Part shown: in pieces, positions 1 through 8,946 of the stretch
How the letters are laid out: each line of letters opens with the position of its first letter
Position numbering within the stretch: position 1 is the stretch's first letter
Assembly (NCBI RefSeq): GCF_000009705.1
Contig: NC_003272.1
Coordinates: 1,050,001-1,082,000, forward strand
From: Nostoc sp. PCC 7120 = FACHB-418
Lineage (GTDB): Bacteria > Cyanobacteriota > Cyanobacteriia > Cyanobacteriales > Nostocaceae
Direction: 5' to 3'
DNA: 32,000 nucleotides
Made by a program: the position numbers and the translations under genes
Notes under the pieces: generated by a model
Told to the model about the DNA's origin: nothing
The model's database searches: none
What the model saw: only the letters and a program-made list of their open reading frames with translations

Positions 1-819
1 TTTTTTGGGTGTCATAATAAAAGCTGAGATTGTTGACTTTGATGACTGGAATTAGTTTACTCATAAAAAGGCTGGCAATAAATATTGACTCGACAAAGTA
101 GTAAAAATCAGTGCTGTTGTTTCACGATTTGTGAAGCCAATATTGAATGGTCATGCTTCCAGATTGGGAAGACCAGTATTCATTTATAGCTAGATAGCAG
201 TATTTATCAAACAGATATTTGCATTACAATTATTTCCCTTATCTAAAGATATGTGGTATGATTTGGTCAAGTTAAAATCAAGCAGTTAGCAACCAAAACT
301 AAACTTATACTTATTCATGAGTTTAAGATGAGGTAATTTTTTGTTTATAGTTTGAAATTATCTCATTCCTGCACCCCAATATCAGGAAGTATATTACTTT
401 TATTGCCTAAAGATTGGAAATACTAGTGTATACACTGACTAAATCTCATTTTGACGCTCTGATAAATGGTGATAATTAATTCATGAGGCAAATATCTAAT
501 ACAATACTTGTTTAATCATTTATATCTCTGTATTTTACAAAGTATATAATAATTACTATTTTATAAGATGTGTTAAAAATCTTGGTGAACTAGTGAGCGC
601 ATAAGCGATAAAGTTTACCAAGACTTCATAATATTTATTTAGACGCAAGAAATTTACCCAAGAAATTAATTGGGCATTTTCATAAACAATTTTGCTGTCA
701 TTCGGAAAAACCTTTGAGAAGTTAGCGGCTAGAGAATAATATTTTTATTTATCTGTAGATATATTTTGCATTTATACATTCTCAAGCGTACTGAATCAGA
801 TGTTATTAAATACTTTACT

Positions 820-1602
820 TTAGCCAAAGCGACCTGAAACATAGTCACGGGTGCGAGAATCGAGGGGGTTGCTAAAGATTTGAGTAGTTACACCAAATTC
901 CACCATTTGACCAATACGACTTTCATCTGTACTGAAAAAAGCTGTGAAATCAGATACACGAGTTGCTTGCTGCATATTATGCGTGACGATCGCAATGGTC
1001 AATTCTGAGCGTAAACTATGAATCAGTTCCTCCACTTTCATCGTAGCGATGGGGTCAAGTGCAGAACAAGGCTCATCCATTAACAGAACTTTTGGCTTAA
1101 TGGCTAAAGCACGGGCAATACAAAGCCGTTGCTGTTGACCTCCAGAAAGCCCTAAAGCTGATTTGTTGAGCTTATCTTTGACTTCCTGCCATAAAGCTGC
1201 ACCCTTAAGGGCAGATTCAACAATTTCATCTAAATCTGCTTGTGGTAATTTAGCAGATATTCTCACACCATAAGCCACATTTTCATAAATGCTCATGGGG
1301 AAGGGGTTGGGTCTTTGAAACACCATCCCAATTTGGCGGCGTAATCTATTGATGTTGATACGCGGGTCATAAATATTTTGACCAAAAAAATCAACAACTC
1401 CTTCTACCTTGACAGGGCCTTCCAATTCGCTAATACGATTGAGGGTTTTGATAAAAGTTGATTTACCACAACCACTAGGGCCGATAATTGCTGTGACTTT
1501 ATTTCTGTAAATATCCATTGAAATCCCTTCAATGGCTTTTGATGTATTGTAATAAAAACTTAGGTCTTTAACTTTAATTGCAGGGACTAATTGTTGATTC
1601 AT
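820..1602 (-). CDS. pstB: Phosphate ABC transporter ATP-binding protein PstB
   Basis: Walker A GPSGCGKST, ABC signature LSGGQQQRL and Walker B LLMDEPCSALD. PstB-like N-terminus (VKDLSFYYN...). Last gene in the pstS-C-A-B order on the minus strand. Confidence 0.95.
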   Translation of the reverse strand: MNQQLVPAIKVKDLSFYYNTSKAIEGISMDIYRNKVTAIIGPSGCGKSTFIKTLNRISELEGPVKVEGVVDFFGQNIYDPRININRLRRQIGMVFQRPNPFPMSIYENVAYGVRISAKLPQADLDEIVESALKGAALWQEVKDKLNKSALGLSGGQQQRLCIARALAIKPKVLLMDEPCSALDPIATMKVEELIHSLRSELTIAIVTHNMQQATRVSDFTAFFSTDESRIGQMVEFGVTTQIFSNPLDSRTRDYVSGRFG

Positions 1603-1772
1603 AGTATTGAATTAGTTTGGTGTAGATAATTGACTTTAGGTATAAGTAAAGTAAATATTATATTTTTGATGGGCATTGCCCATCATACAAATGCTTAGAT
1701 TTTTGAAAAATCAACTCAGATTTCTATATAAAGTAAAGAAAAAGCTTTTGTCTTAGTTTGGGGTATATTTTT

Positions 1773-2651
1773 TTATTTAATCTTTTTCTTACGAGTAACT
1801 AAACGGGAAAGCAAACTAACACTTAAAACTAAACCGAGTAAAACGATAGAAGTCGTCCAGACTAGTTGACTTTTCTGGGGGTCAGGGTCGTTGTAAAGGT
1901 TGTAAATTAAGACTGGTAAGGAAGCTGTGGGGCCGAGTAATCCGGCTGACCAATCTAGACTAAATAAGGCCGTAAAAATTAGGGGTGCTGTTTCACCAGC
2001 AGCACGGGCTACAGCTAGTAAAATACCTGTGGTAATTGCGGGTATAGCAGCAGTAACAACCACACGAATGGTAGTTTGAAAGCGTGTTCCTCCCAAAGCT
2101 GCTGAGGCGAGGCGTTGGTCTATGGGAATAAGTTTGAGGGCTTCTTCGGTAGTCAAGGCGATAATAGGTAACATAATTGTGGCTAAGGCAAATCCACCAG
2201 CGATCGCGCTAAATTGTTTAGTAGCCAAAACTATTAAACCATAAGCGAATATCCCAACAACAATTGAGGGAACACCAGTCAGGATACTAACGATAAAGCG
2301 TACAAAGCGAGCTAATGGACTAGTTTGTCCAAATTCTGCTAAAAATATACCTGTGAATAACCCTACAGGAATACTGAATAAAGAGCCAATAGCGACAACT
2401 GTAATAGTCCCTAAAATGGCGTTACCAAATCCGTTATCGATGACAGATTTGACGAACATTTCTGTTTTTAAACCGATGATTCCTCGTGAAATAATTTCCC
2501 AAAGAATGGAAAATAAAGGAATTAATGCCAAAGCGGAGAATGCAAAAGCGATTGCATTCATGGCATAAGTAAATAAAAGTCTTCTTGGTGGTAGAGGACT
2601 GCGTAATTCTGATGCTAAAAGTTCAGTTTCTGATGGTTGGGAATTGGTCAT
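1773..2651 (-). CDS. pstA: Phosphate ABC transporter permease PstA
   Basis: Polytopic membrane protein with a binding-protein-dependent permease loop (ASAALGGTRFQTTIRVVV). Sits between pstC and pstB. Confidence 0.9.
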   Translation of the reverse strand: MTNSQPSETELLASELRSPLPPRRLLFTYAMNAIAFAFSALALIPLFSILWEIISRGIIGLKTEMFVKSVIDNGFGNAILGTITVVAIGSLFSIPVGLFTGIFLAEFGQTSPLARFVRFIVSILTGVPSIVVGIFAYGLIVLATKQFSAIAGGFALATIMLPIIALTTEEALKLIPIDQRLASAALGGTRFQTTIRVVVTAAIPAITTGILLAVARAAGETAPLIFTALFSLDWSAGLLGPTASLPVLIYNLYNDPDPQKSQLVWTTSIVLLGLVLSVSLLSRLVTRKKKIK

Positions 2652-2656
2652 ATTTT

Positions 2657-2684
2657 TGACTGATGACTGATGACTTTTGACTAT
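2657..2684. repeat. STRR heptamer array (TGACTGA type) in the pstC-pstA junction
   Basis: TGACTGA TGACTGA TGACTTT TGACTAT fills essentially the whole 29-nt spacer and runs into the pstC stop codon. Confidence 0.8.
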
Positions 2685-3712
2685 TTATTTTTGCTACCAA
2701 CCCACTGCACCAATAACCTAGCGCCAATATTTACAGCTAGAGTGACAGCAAACAAGACTAAACCTAAATAACATAAAGCACCAATGTGCAGTCCTGGTTG
2801 AGCTTCGGCAAATTCATTAGCTAATACTGAAGGAATTGTATAAGCTGGATCGAGCAAGGAAAGACTAATTTGCGCTGAGTTGCCAATCACCATAGTTACA
2901 GCCATTGTTTCGCCTAAAGCTCTTCCTAAGGCCAGCATGGCTGCACTGACAATTCCCGAAAATCCGGCAGGTAATAATACTCGAAAAATTGTTTCCCAAC
3001 GAGTACCACCCAAGGCCATAGAAGCACTGCGTAATTCTTTAGGAATGGCTCGCAATACATCGCGGCTAATTGCTGCCATTGTTGGCAAAATCATAATGGC
3101 TAAAATAATCCCAGCCGTTAACATATTTGTGCCAACTGGGAATTCGGAATTAAATAATGGTATCCATTTAAAATTATTGGCTAACCACTGTTGTACAGGT
3201 TCTAAAACTGGAATAAAAACAAAAATTCCCCACAAACCAATAATGACGCTGGGGATAGCAGCAATTAACTCTACAACAAAAGCTAAGGTTGTTTGTATCG
3301 ATGGTGGTAGGAAGTTTTCACTAGTAACTAAGGCAACAGCTATACTCACAGGGACTGCGAAAAAAATAGCGATCGCACTACTTACCAAAGTGCCGTAAAT
3401 ATAAGGTAATGCTCCGAAAATCTCATTAGCTGTGTCCCAATCTTGACCCCAGAGAAAACCAATCCCAAAGTTATCAATGGCTGGTTTAGCTTCGAGGAAG
3501 ATAATCCAACTCATCATGAATAATACAGCAACGGCGATCGTGGCAAAGATATATACTAACCATGTGAATCCTTTGTCTAACCAAAAATTTGTGCCATCAT
3601 TAGCTGTTAATCCGAGATTTTCATTATTAGATGGAGCTAAATTTGTCATGTAAATTACGGAATTTATACTAATCAATATCTTGGGACTCATGAGGGTGGA
3701 CATATAGCCCAC
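2681..3712 (-). CDS. pstC: Phosphate ABC transporter permease PstC
   Basis: Polytopic permease with an EAA-type loop (SASMALGGTRWETIFRVLLP), directly downstream of pstS. The ORF-track start at 3712 is a GTG. ATG alternatives lie at 3703 and 3649 (MTNLAPS...), so the 5' end is uncertain. Confidence 0.88.
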   Translation of the reverse strand: MGYMSTLMSPKILISINSVIYMTNLAPSNNENLGLTANDGTNFWLDKGFTWLVYIFATIAVAVLFMMSWIIFLEAKPAIDNFGIGFLWGQDWDTANEIFGALPYIYGTLVSSAIAIFFAVPVSIAVALVTSENFLPPSIQTTLAFVVELIAAIPSVIIGLWGIFVFIPVLEPVQQWLANNFKWIPLFNSEFPVGTNMLTAGIILAIMILPTMAAISRDVLRAIPKELRSASMALGGTRWETIFRVLLPAGFSGIVSAAMLALGRALGETMAVTMVIGNSAQISLSLLDPAYTIPSVLANEFAEAQPGLHIGALCYLGLVLFAVTLAVNIGARLLVQWVGSKNK

Positions 3713-3741
3713 CCAACTTAGAAAAACATCAAAATTTCTGA

Positions 3742-4785
3742 CTATGGTTTGACGTTGCTATTGACTGTTTGCAACACACGATTAGCCACAGCATCAGGAA
3801 TTCTGGTGTAATTAAGGTCATCGTTAAATTGTTGACCCTCTTTTAAAACCCAGTTGATCCACTTTTTGATAGCTTGAGATTTAGCAGCATCAGCATACTG
3901 TCTATAAACCATCATCCAGGTGAGTCCCACAATGGGATATCCTTGTCCTGGGTCTCCTACAAAAACGCGGAAATTGTCTGGGAAACTGACAGCTGATAAA
4001 GCAGCGTTAGCAGATTGGAGAGAAGGCGCTACAAATTCTCCTCTTCTGTTTTGAATCTGGGCTGATCTAAGTCTATTTTGGGTAGCATAGGCATATTCTA
4101 CGTAGCCAATAGAGCCAGGAGTCCGGGCTATTAAAGCCGCTACACCAGGGTTTCCTCTACCTCTGAGGACGTTTGGTAAAGTCCATTTGGGTGCTGTGTT
4201 AGCACCAACTCTGCCTTTAAAATAGGGACTGATAGAACTCAGGTGGTTTGTGAAAATGAAGGTTGTACCACTACTATCCGCACGCACAGCGAATCTAATA
4301 GGCTGGTTTGGCAGATTTACACCAGGATTATCAGCTCTAATTTTGGCATCGTTCCAGTTCGTAATTTGACCAGAAAAAATTGCTGGTAATGTTGCACGGG
4401 ATAATCTGAGATTATTGACACCCGGAACATTATAAACAACGGAAACAGCCCCACCTGCGGTTGGCACTAGGATGACACCATTTTTGACTTTAGCAATTTC
4501 AGCATCCGTCATCGCAGCATCACTACCACCAAAGTCAACAGTTCCAGCAATTGTTTGCCGAATACCACCACCACTACCAATTGCTTGGTAGTTAATTCTC
4601 AGTTCTGGATGCTTCTTTCTAACTTCACGAGCATACCGTTCGTATAGTGGAGCAGGGAAAGTAGCTCCTGCTCCGTTGAGAGTTTGAGCTTGAGCTATCG
4701 CTGTAAAAATAGGAGTAACAACAACAGCAGATGTTACCACAGCAGTAGTAAATACACGCTGTAAAACGGTGGTGGAAAAATTCAT
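3742..4785 (-). CDS. pstS: Periplasmic phosphate-binding protein PstS
   Basis: N-terminal signal peptide (…TAIAQAQT) followed by PstS-type motifs (GAGATFPAPLYERY, GSGGGI, SSGTT). First gene of the operon. Confidence 0.95.
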   Translation of the reverse strand: MNFSTTVLQRVFTTAVVTSAVVVTPIFTAIAQAQTLNGAGATFPAPLYERYAREVRKKHPELRINYQAIGSGGGIRQTIAGTVDFGGSDAAMTDAEIAKVKNGVILVPTAGGAVSVVYNVPGVNNLRLSRATLPAIFSGQITNWNDAKIRADNPGVNLPNQPIRFAVRADSSGTTFIFTNHLSSISPYFKGRVGANTAPKWTLPNVLRGRGNPGVAALIARTPGSIGYVEYAYATQNRLRSAQIQNRRGEFVAPSLQSANAALSAVSFPDNFRVFVGDPGQGYPIVGLTWMMVYRQYADAAKSQAIKKWINWVLKEGQQFNDDLNYTRIPDAVANRVLQTVNSNVKP

Positions 4786-4860
4786 ATTACCTCGTAACGT
4801 AGCGATTACTTTCGACTTTCATCACAGCAATCAAAAGGTTATATTTATTACCTTTAATTC

Positions 4861-4890
4861 AAGTTAAGTCTAGGTAAACGAGAAGTTAAG
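4861..4890 (-). promoter_or_regulatory. Pho box (SphR/PhoB-type binding site) upstream of pstS
   Basis: The minus strand reads CTTAACTT-ctc-GTTTACCT-aga-CTTAACTT. These are three 8-bp direct repeats spaced by 3 bp (11-bp phase). Two match the cyanobacterial consensus PyTTAAPyPy(T/A) perfectly. The site lies 76-105 nt upstream of the pstS ATG, with an A/T-rich -10 candidate (TATAAC/TAAATA) about 17 nt downstream. Confidence 0.6.
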
Positions 4891-5743
4891 ATATATTTAA
4901 ACTATGCAATTTTATCCTCTATGTTTTTGAATAAACTTTTGACATAATTCATGGAAGCGATGATACATAAAATTTCAGTACTTACGGAAAAGGAGCGAAT
5001 CTAATTATTCAGATGTCCAAAAATAAATAAACCCAGCAGGGGCTAAAGCAGCAGACCACCTGCCAGGAAGGCACGGTATATTCTCGCCATGTTTGATCGG
5101 GGTAGAGCTTATTTATGAGAAATAATGCCTATCCGTAACTAGGATAACTGAGCTAATTATAACTAAGGGTTAAGAAAATTCAGTGATATGGTTAATTTAA
5201 AGTTAAAATATACAATTATGGAGAAAAAAGAAATAATACAAGGAAATATTACTATTTTATCAGGACTTCACCACCTATGGTTTTTCTAATCAATCGAGTA
5301 AAAATTATAATAATTTATCAATTTTTTTAAATAAAGCATGGTTTAGAAATTCAATCTTTAGAAAATGTTTGTTTATTTTATTGGGTCTTTTTAAAGATAA
5401 TTAACATCTAAGTTCAAAGACTTAATTTATAATTACAAACTATCTATATTATCGGTAGAAACAAAATTCATGTTTTAAAGTTTTCAAATTTAAAAAAAAT
5501 AGTAAAAAATTCAGCAAGCAGAAATGTTGATCATATTTTAAGTTAAGGAAATTCAGAACTAAATATACAGCAGACAAGAGCATAATAGTTAAATTAGAGC
5601 AATCCCCTAAAGGAAAGATAATTTTAGACTTTTGTATAGTCATATCTCATTTTTCGAGATTCAAGCTAAATATATTTACTAGTAGATTAAACTAAAGCAA
5701 GGCAGTTCCCCCGAAAATCCCAGGGTGAATTTATGCGGGTTAT

Positions 5744-6757
5744 GTGTCTAAAGAAAAAACTAAGTTATCCCAGCTAGAAAATATGACGGCGGAACTAAAA
5801 GTGGCTAGTATTGATAATCACATCTCCTCCTTATCAGGCGAAGTATCAATCCCCCAAGCTCCACCTGAATTTAAATCAGGCTTTATCGGCATTATCGGCC
5901 GTCCTAATGTCGGTAAATCTACTTTGATGAATCAATTAGTAGGGCAAAAAATTGCCATTACCTCACCAGTAGCGCAAACAACACGCAATCGTTTGAGAGG
6001 AATTGTCACTACACCAGAGGCGCAGTTAATCTTTGTTGATACGCCAGGAATTCACAAACCCCATCATCAATTAGGTGAAGTACTGGTGAAAAATGCCAAA
6101 CTCGCTATTGAATCAGTGGATGTAGTACTGTTTGTTGTCGATGGTGCAGTGGCTTGTGGTGCAGGCGATCGCTTTATTGCCGATTTACTAATTCATAGCA
6201 AAACCCCGGTGATTTTGGGCATCAATAAAGTAGACCAACAACCCCCCGATTCCCAAAAGATTGATGAGAGCTACCAGCAGTTAGCAAGTGCTTATCAATG
6301 GCCGACGGTAAAATTTTCGGCTAAGACCGGTGCAGAGTTGCCCCAACTACAAGAATTATTAGTAGAGCATTTAGAGCATGGGCCGTACTATTATCCCCCA
6401 GACTTGGTAACAGACCAGCCAGAACGGTTTATTATGGGGGAATTAATCCGAGAGCAGATTTTGCTGTTGACTCGTGAAGAAGTACCTCATTCAGTAGCGA
6501 TCGCCATTGATTTAGTCGAAGAAACACCAACTATTACCCGCGTCCTCGCAACCATCCACGTTGAGCGCGATTCCCAAAAAGGTATTCTCATCGGGAAAGG
6601 TGGTTCAATGCTCAAATCCATCGGTAGCGCAGCCCGCGAGCAAATTCAAAAGCTCATTGCTGGTAAAGTCTATCTAGAGCTATTCGTCAAAGTCCAACCC
6701 AAATGGCGACACTCCCGCGTCAGACTAGCAGAGTTAGGCTATCGCGTGGAAGAATAG
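5744..6757 (+). CDS. era: GTPase Era
   Basis: G1 GRPNVGKST, G3 DTPG, G4 NKVD and a C-terminal KH domain (GKGGSMLKSIG). The track start at 5744 is GTG and the first ATG is at 5783. Either start leaves 30-40 aa before the G1 motif. Confidence 0.93.
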   Translation: MSKEKTKLSQLENMTAELKVASIDNHISSLSGEVSIPQAPPEFKSGFIGIIGRPNVGKSTLMNQLVGQKIAITSPVAQTTRNRLRGIVTTPEAQLIFVDTPGIHKPHHQLGEVLVKNAKLAIESVDVVLFVVDGAVACGAGDRFIADLLIHSKTPVILGINKVDQQPPDSQKIDESYQQLASAYQWPTVKFSAKTGAELPQLQELLVEHLEHGPYYYPPDLVTDQPERFIMGELIREQILLLTREEVPHSVAIAIDLVEETPTITRVLATIHVERDSQKGILIGKGGSMLKSIGSAAREQIQKLIAGKVYLELFVKVQPKWRHSRVRLAELGYRVEE

Positions 6758-6847
6758 AAAGTTAGTCATTGGTCATCTCTTACAAAGTTCTGTTCGGAGG
6801 AAACCTCCGCTCAGACTTTGCGCTTAGTCAACATTCAAAACAGTTTT

Positions 6848-6893
6848 GGACTCTGAACTATAGACTATGGACTATGGACTATTAACTACTGAC
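6848..6893. repeat. STRR heptamer array (GGACTAT type) upstream of the response-regulator gene
   Basis: GGACTCT GAACTAT AGACTAT GGACTAT GGACTAT TAACTAC TGAC in an unbroken 7-nt phase. Confidence 0.8.
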
Positions 6894-6903
6894 GAAATAA
6901 AAA

Positions 6904-7581
6904 ATGTCTCCCAATACCGGCTATTTTCTTAATCTGCCAAGTAATGCTCCCCGGTTGCGAATTTTGATTGTGGAAGATGATCCAATGATGCAACTGGGGT
7001 TGGAACAGTCGTTAATGGCTCATCCCCAATTAGAGATTGTAGGACAAGCAGAAGACGGCTATTTAGGTGTACAAGCAGCACTAGCACTGAAACCGGATTT
7101 GGTAGTCATGGATATTGGCTTACCACGAATTGATGGGATTGCAGCGACACAGCAAATCAAAGCCGCACTACCGGAAACTCATGTGGTGATGTTGACATCC
7201 CATAAAACAGAAACAGAAATTATTGCCGCACTTTCAAGCGGTGCAGATGCTTATTGTATCAAAGGTGCAAGCATCGAGCGATTGTTGAATGCGATCGCCG
7301 CCGCCGTCGATGGTGCAACCTACCTCGATCCCCAGATTGCGCGACAAGTAATTGATCATCTCAAACCCCCCTCAGCAAAGGGAAATACCGCCAATCTATC
7401 TGGACGGGAGTTAGAAGTATTAAAACTCATGGTAGAAGGACTGAGTAACCCAGAGATAGCCGAGAAACTTTATCTCAGTCCTAATACTGTGAAAACTCAC
7501 GTCCGGGGAATTATGAATAAATTAGCGGTTGACGATCGCGTCCAAGCGGCTGTTGTGGCGCTACGTTCTGGTTTAGTATAG
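6904..7581 (+). CDS. Two-component response regulator, NarL/LuxR family (REC + LuxR-type HTH)
   Basis: REC motifs (ILIVEDD, phospho-acceptor context VVMDIGLP) plus a C-terminal LuxR HTH (LSGRELEVLKLMVEGLSNPEIAEKLYLSPNTVKTHV). No cognate kinase is adjacent. Confidence 0.92.
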   Translation: MSPNTGYFLNLPSNAPRLRILIVEDDPMMQLGLEQSLMAHPQLEIVGQAEDGYLGVQAALALKPDLVVMDIGLPRIDGIAATQQIKAALPETHVVMLTSHKTETEIIAALSSGADAYCIKGASIERLLNAIAAAVDGATYLDPQIARQVIDHLKPPSAKGNTANLSGRELEVLKLMVEGLSNPEIAEKLYLSPNTVKTHVRGIMNKLAVDDRVQAAVVALRSGLV

Positions 7582-7747
7582 TTGGCGTAGCATCAGCAAC
7601 AACGACTGCTCCTGGTTGGATCTGACCGATGGGCGCTGGCTGCATATCGCGGTAATCTAATATTTGGACAACGATTAGATAGGCGATCGCTAACAGAATC
7701 GAAATAGCCCCTGTAATAATTGCCACAATTTTTTTGCGGTTCATCAC
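7511..7747 (-). CDS. Hypothetical small single-pass membrane protein
   Basis: The N-terminus MMNRKKIVAIITGAISILLAIAYLIVVQIL looks like a basic stretch followed by a TM helix. The 3' 71 nt overlap the convergent response-regulator gene, and no family is recognised. Confidence 0.35.
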   Translation of the reverse strand: MMNRKKIVAIITGAISILLAIAYLIVVQILDYRDMQPAPIGQIQPGAVVVADATPTILNQNVAPQQPLGRDRQPLIYS

Positions 7748-7870
7748 TAGTTCCTACAATGCAAGTTATGGGTATATACCTATATTCACATTGCCAGCTC
7801 GTTATTTCATTAAACCTCTTTCAGCCTTCCTGCGCGTGAACCACCGCGCCCCTCTGAGTTTATAACATCT

Positions 7871-8884
7871 TTATCCTGTATAGCCACGATTTCTCATTTC
7901 CCAGGTTCTTGCAGAGATGAACTTTTTGACAAACAAAACAGTACAAGCAATTCGTTCGGTCTGGCGAAAGCCCAAAATATCTTGTAACAACCGATAAAAT
8001 CTTCTTTTACTATTAGCTTTAAACTCTGGAAACATCACCAAAGACTCTTCTAAGAACATTAAGTATTGCTTATAGTCAAAGAACAAAGCTTCTCTAGCTA
8101 AATCAAAATATGACTTTGCTAAAGCATGACGATACTTCATAGAAAGTTGGTTTTTCTGTAATAATTGCTGTTCAGCTTTCTTTAATACTAGATGATGGCT
8201 TTTTAACCAACGAGCTTTAGAAGAGGTAGAAACTGTGACAGAACCATATCGCCTGTATACAGCGTAGCAACCTGGTTGATAAGCAACTTTAGCTCCATTC
8301 ATGACCACAGACAGAAAAAAATCTCTATCTTGCGCGGCAGGTAAAGTTTCATCCCATCTATCACTATTTTCTACTACACTTCGTTTATACATTAAAGCAG
8401 CTAAAGCAACCCACCAATTAGCGAGTAAAGCCGCTAAAATATCTGCTTGCACCCCAGAAATTTCTATCTTATCTAGAAAACTGGAATCGTCAGGTAAATG
8501 GCGCTGATGTCTCCAATCACCATAAACAACATCTGCACCAGTTGTTTCGAGAAAATTAACTTGTTTTTCTATCTTTTCAGGTAAAATATAATCATCTGCA
8601 TCCAAGTATTGAATATATTCTCCCTGAGACAGTTCAAAACCACGATTCCTAGCATGATTTCCTCCCTGTTGGGGGTAACTCCGCCAAATAATTTCGTTTC
8701 CAAAAGTTTTGATGATTTCTAGAGAATTATCTGTAGAACCATCATCAATGACAATTATTTCAACATCAGCATAGGTTTGTGTTAAGCAACTTTCAATTGC
8801 TTCTCTTATCCATTTTTCAGCATTAAAACAAGGTATAATTACCGAAACTTTTTTGGGCATATATACTAATCCTATATAGGACAC
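7871..8884 (-). CDS. Glycosyltransferase family 2
   Basis: GT-A signature VSVIIPCFNAEKWI, DDGSTD and DxD (LDADD). The track start at 8884 is GTG. The ATG at 8860 (MPKKVSVII...) is the more likely start. Confidence 0.9.
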   Translation of the reverse strand: MSYIGLVYMPKKVSVIIPCFNAEKWIREAIESCLTQTYADVEIIVIDDGSTDNSLEIIKTFGNEIIWRSYPQQGGNHARNRGFELSQGEYIQYLDADDYILPEKIEKQVNFLETTGADVVYGDWRHQRHLPDDSSFLDKIEISGVQADILAALLANWWVALAALMYKRSVVENSDRWDETLPAAQDRDFFLSVVMNGAKVAYQPGCYAVYRRYGSVTVSTSSKARWLKSHHLVLKKAEQQLLQKNQLSMKYRHALAKSYFDLAREALFFDYKQYLMFLEESLVMFPEFKANSKRRFYRLLQDILGFRQTERIACTVLFVKKFISARTWEMRNRGYTG

Positions 8885-8946
8885 AATAGCGGTACATAAA
8901 TGCCTTGGTTAAAGCCAATATTTTCTCAATGACTAACTCAAGTTAA

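Noticed and set aside
2880-3398. 172-aa plus-strand ORF, with a similar one at 2353-2568
   Set aside because: It lies antisense within pstC and pstA. The composition mirrors the membrane-protein codons opposite, and no motifs are present.
4786-4800. NtcA-type GTA-N8-TAC site near pstS and other promoters
   Set aside because: GTAACGTAGCGATTAC has the wrong spacing (N10 or N5). No properly spaced site was seen in the promoters I inspected.
5031-5110. SRP (4.5S) RNA or a tRNA fragment in the GC-rich island
   Set aside because: CCAGGAAGGCA and AGCAGCAG loosely resemble the SRP domain IV motif, and GGGGTAGAGC resembles a tRNA 5' end. I could not build the long closing helix of SRP RNA or a cloverleaf. 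It is kept only as a generic candidate RNA in the findings.
5449-5643. 64-aa minus-strand ORF in the pstS-era spacer
   Set aside because: Extremely AT-rich with a low-complexity L/F/N/K composition and no RBS. It is most likely a chance ORF.
6795-6809. CGGAGG-aaa-CCTCCG hairpin after era as an intrinsic terminator
   Set aside because: The loop is only 3 nt and no U-run follows, so it is too weak to call.
7832-7849. GCGCG-N8-CGCGC hairpin downstream of the GT2 gene as a terminator
   Set aside because: The stem is only 5 bp and neither strand has a U-tract.
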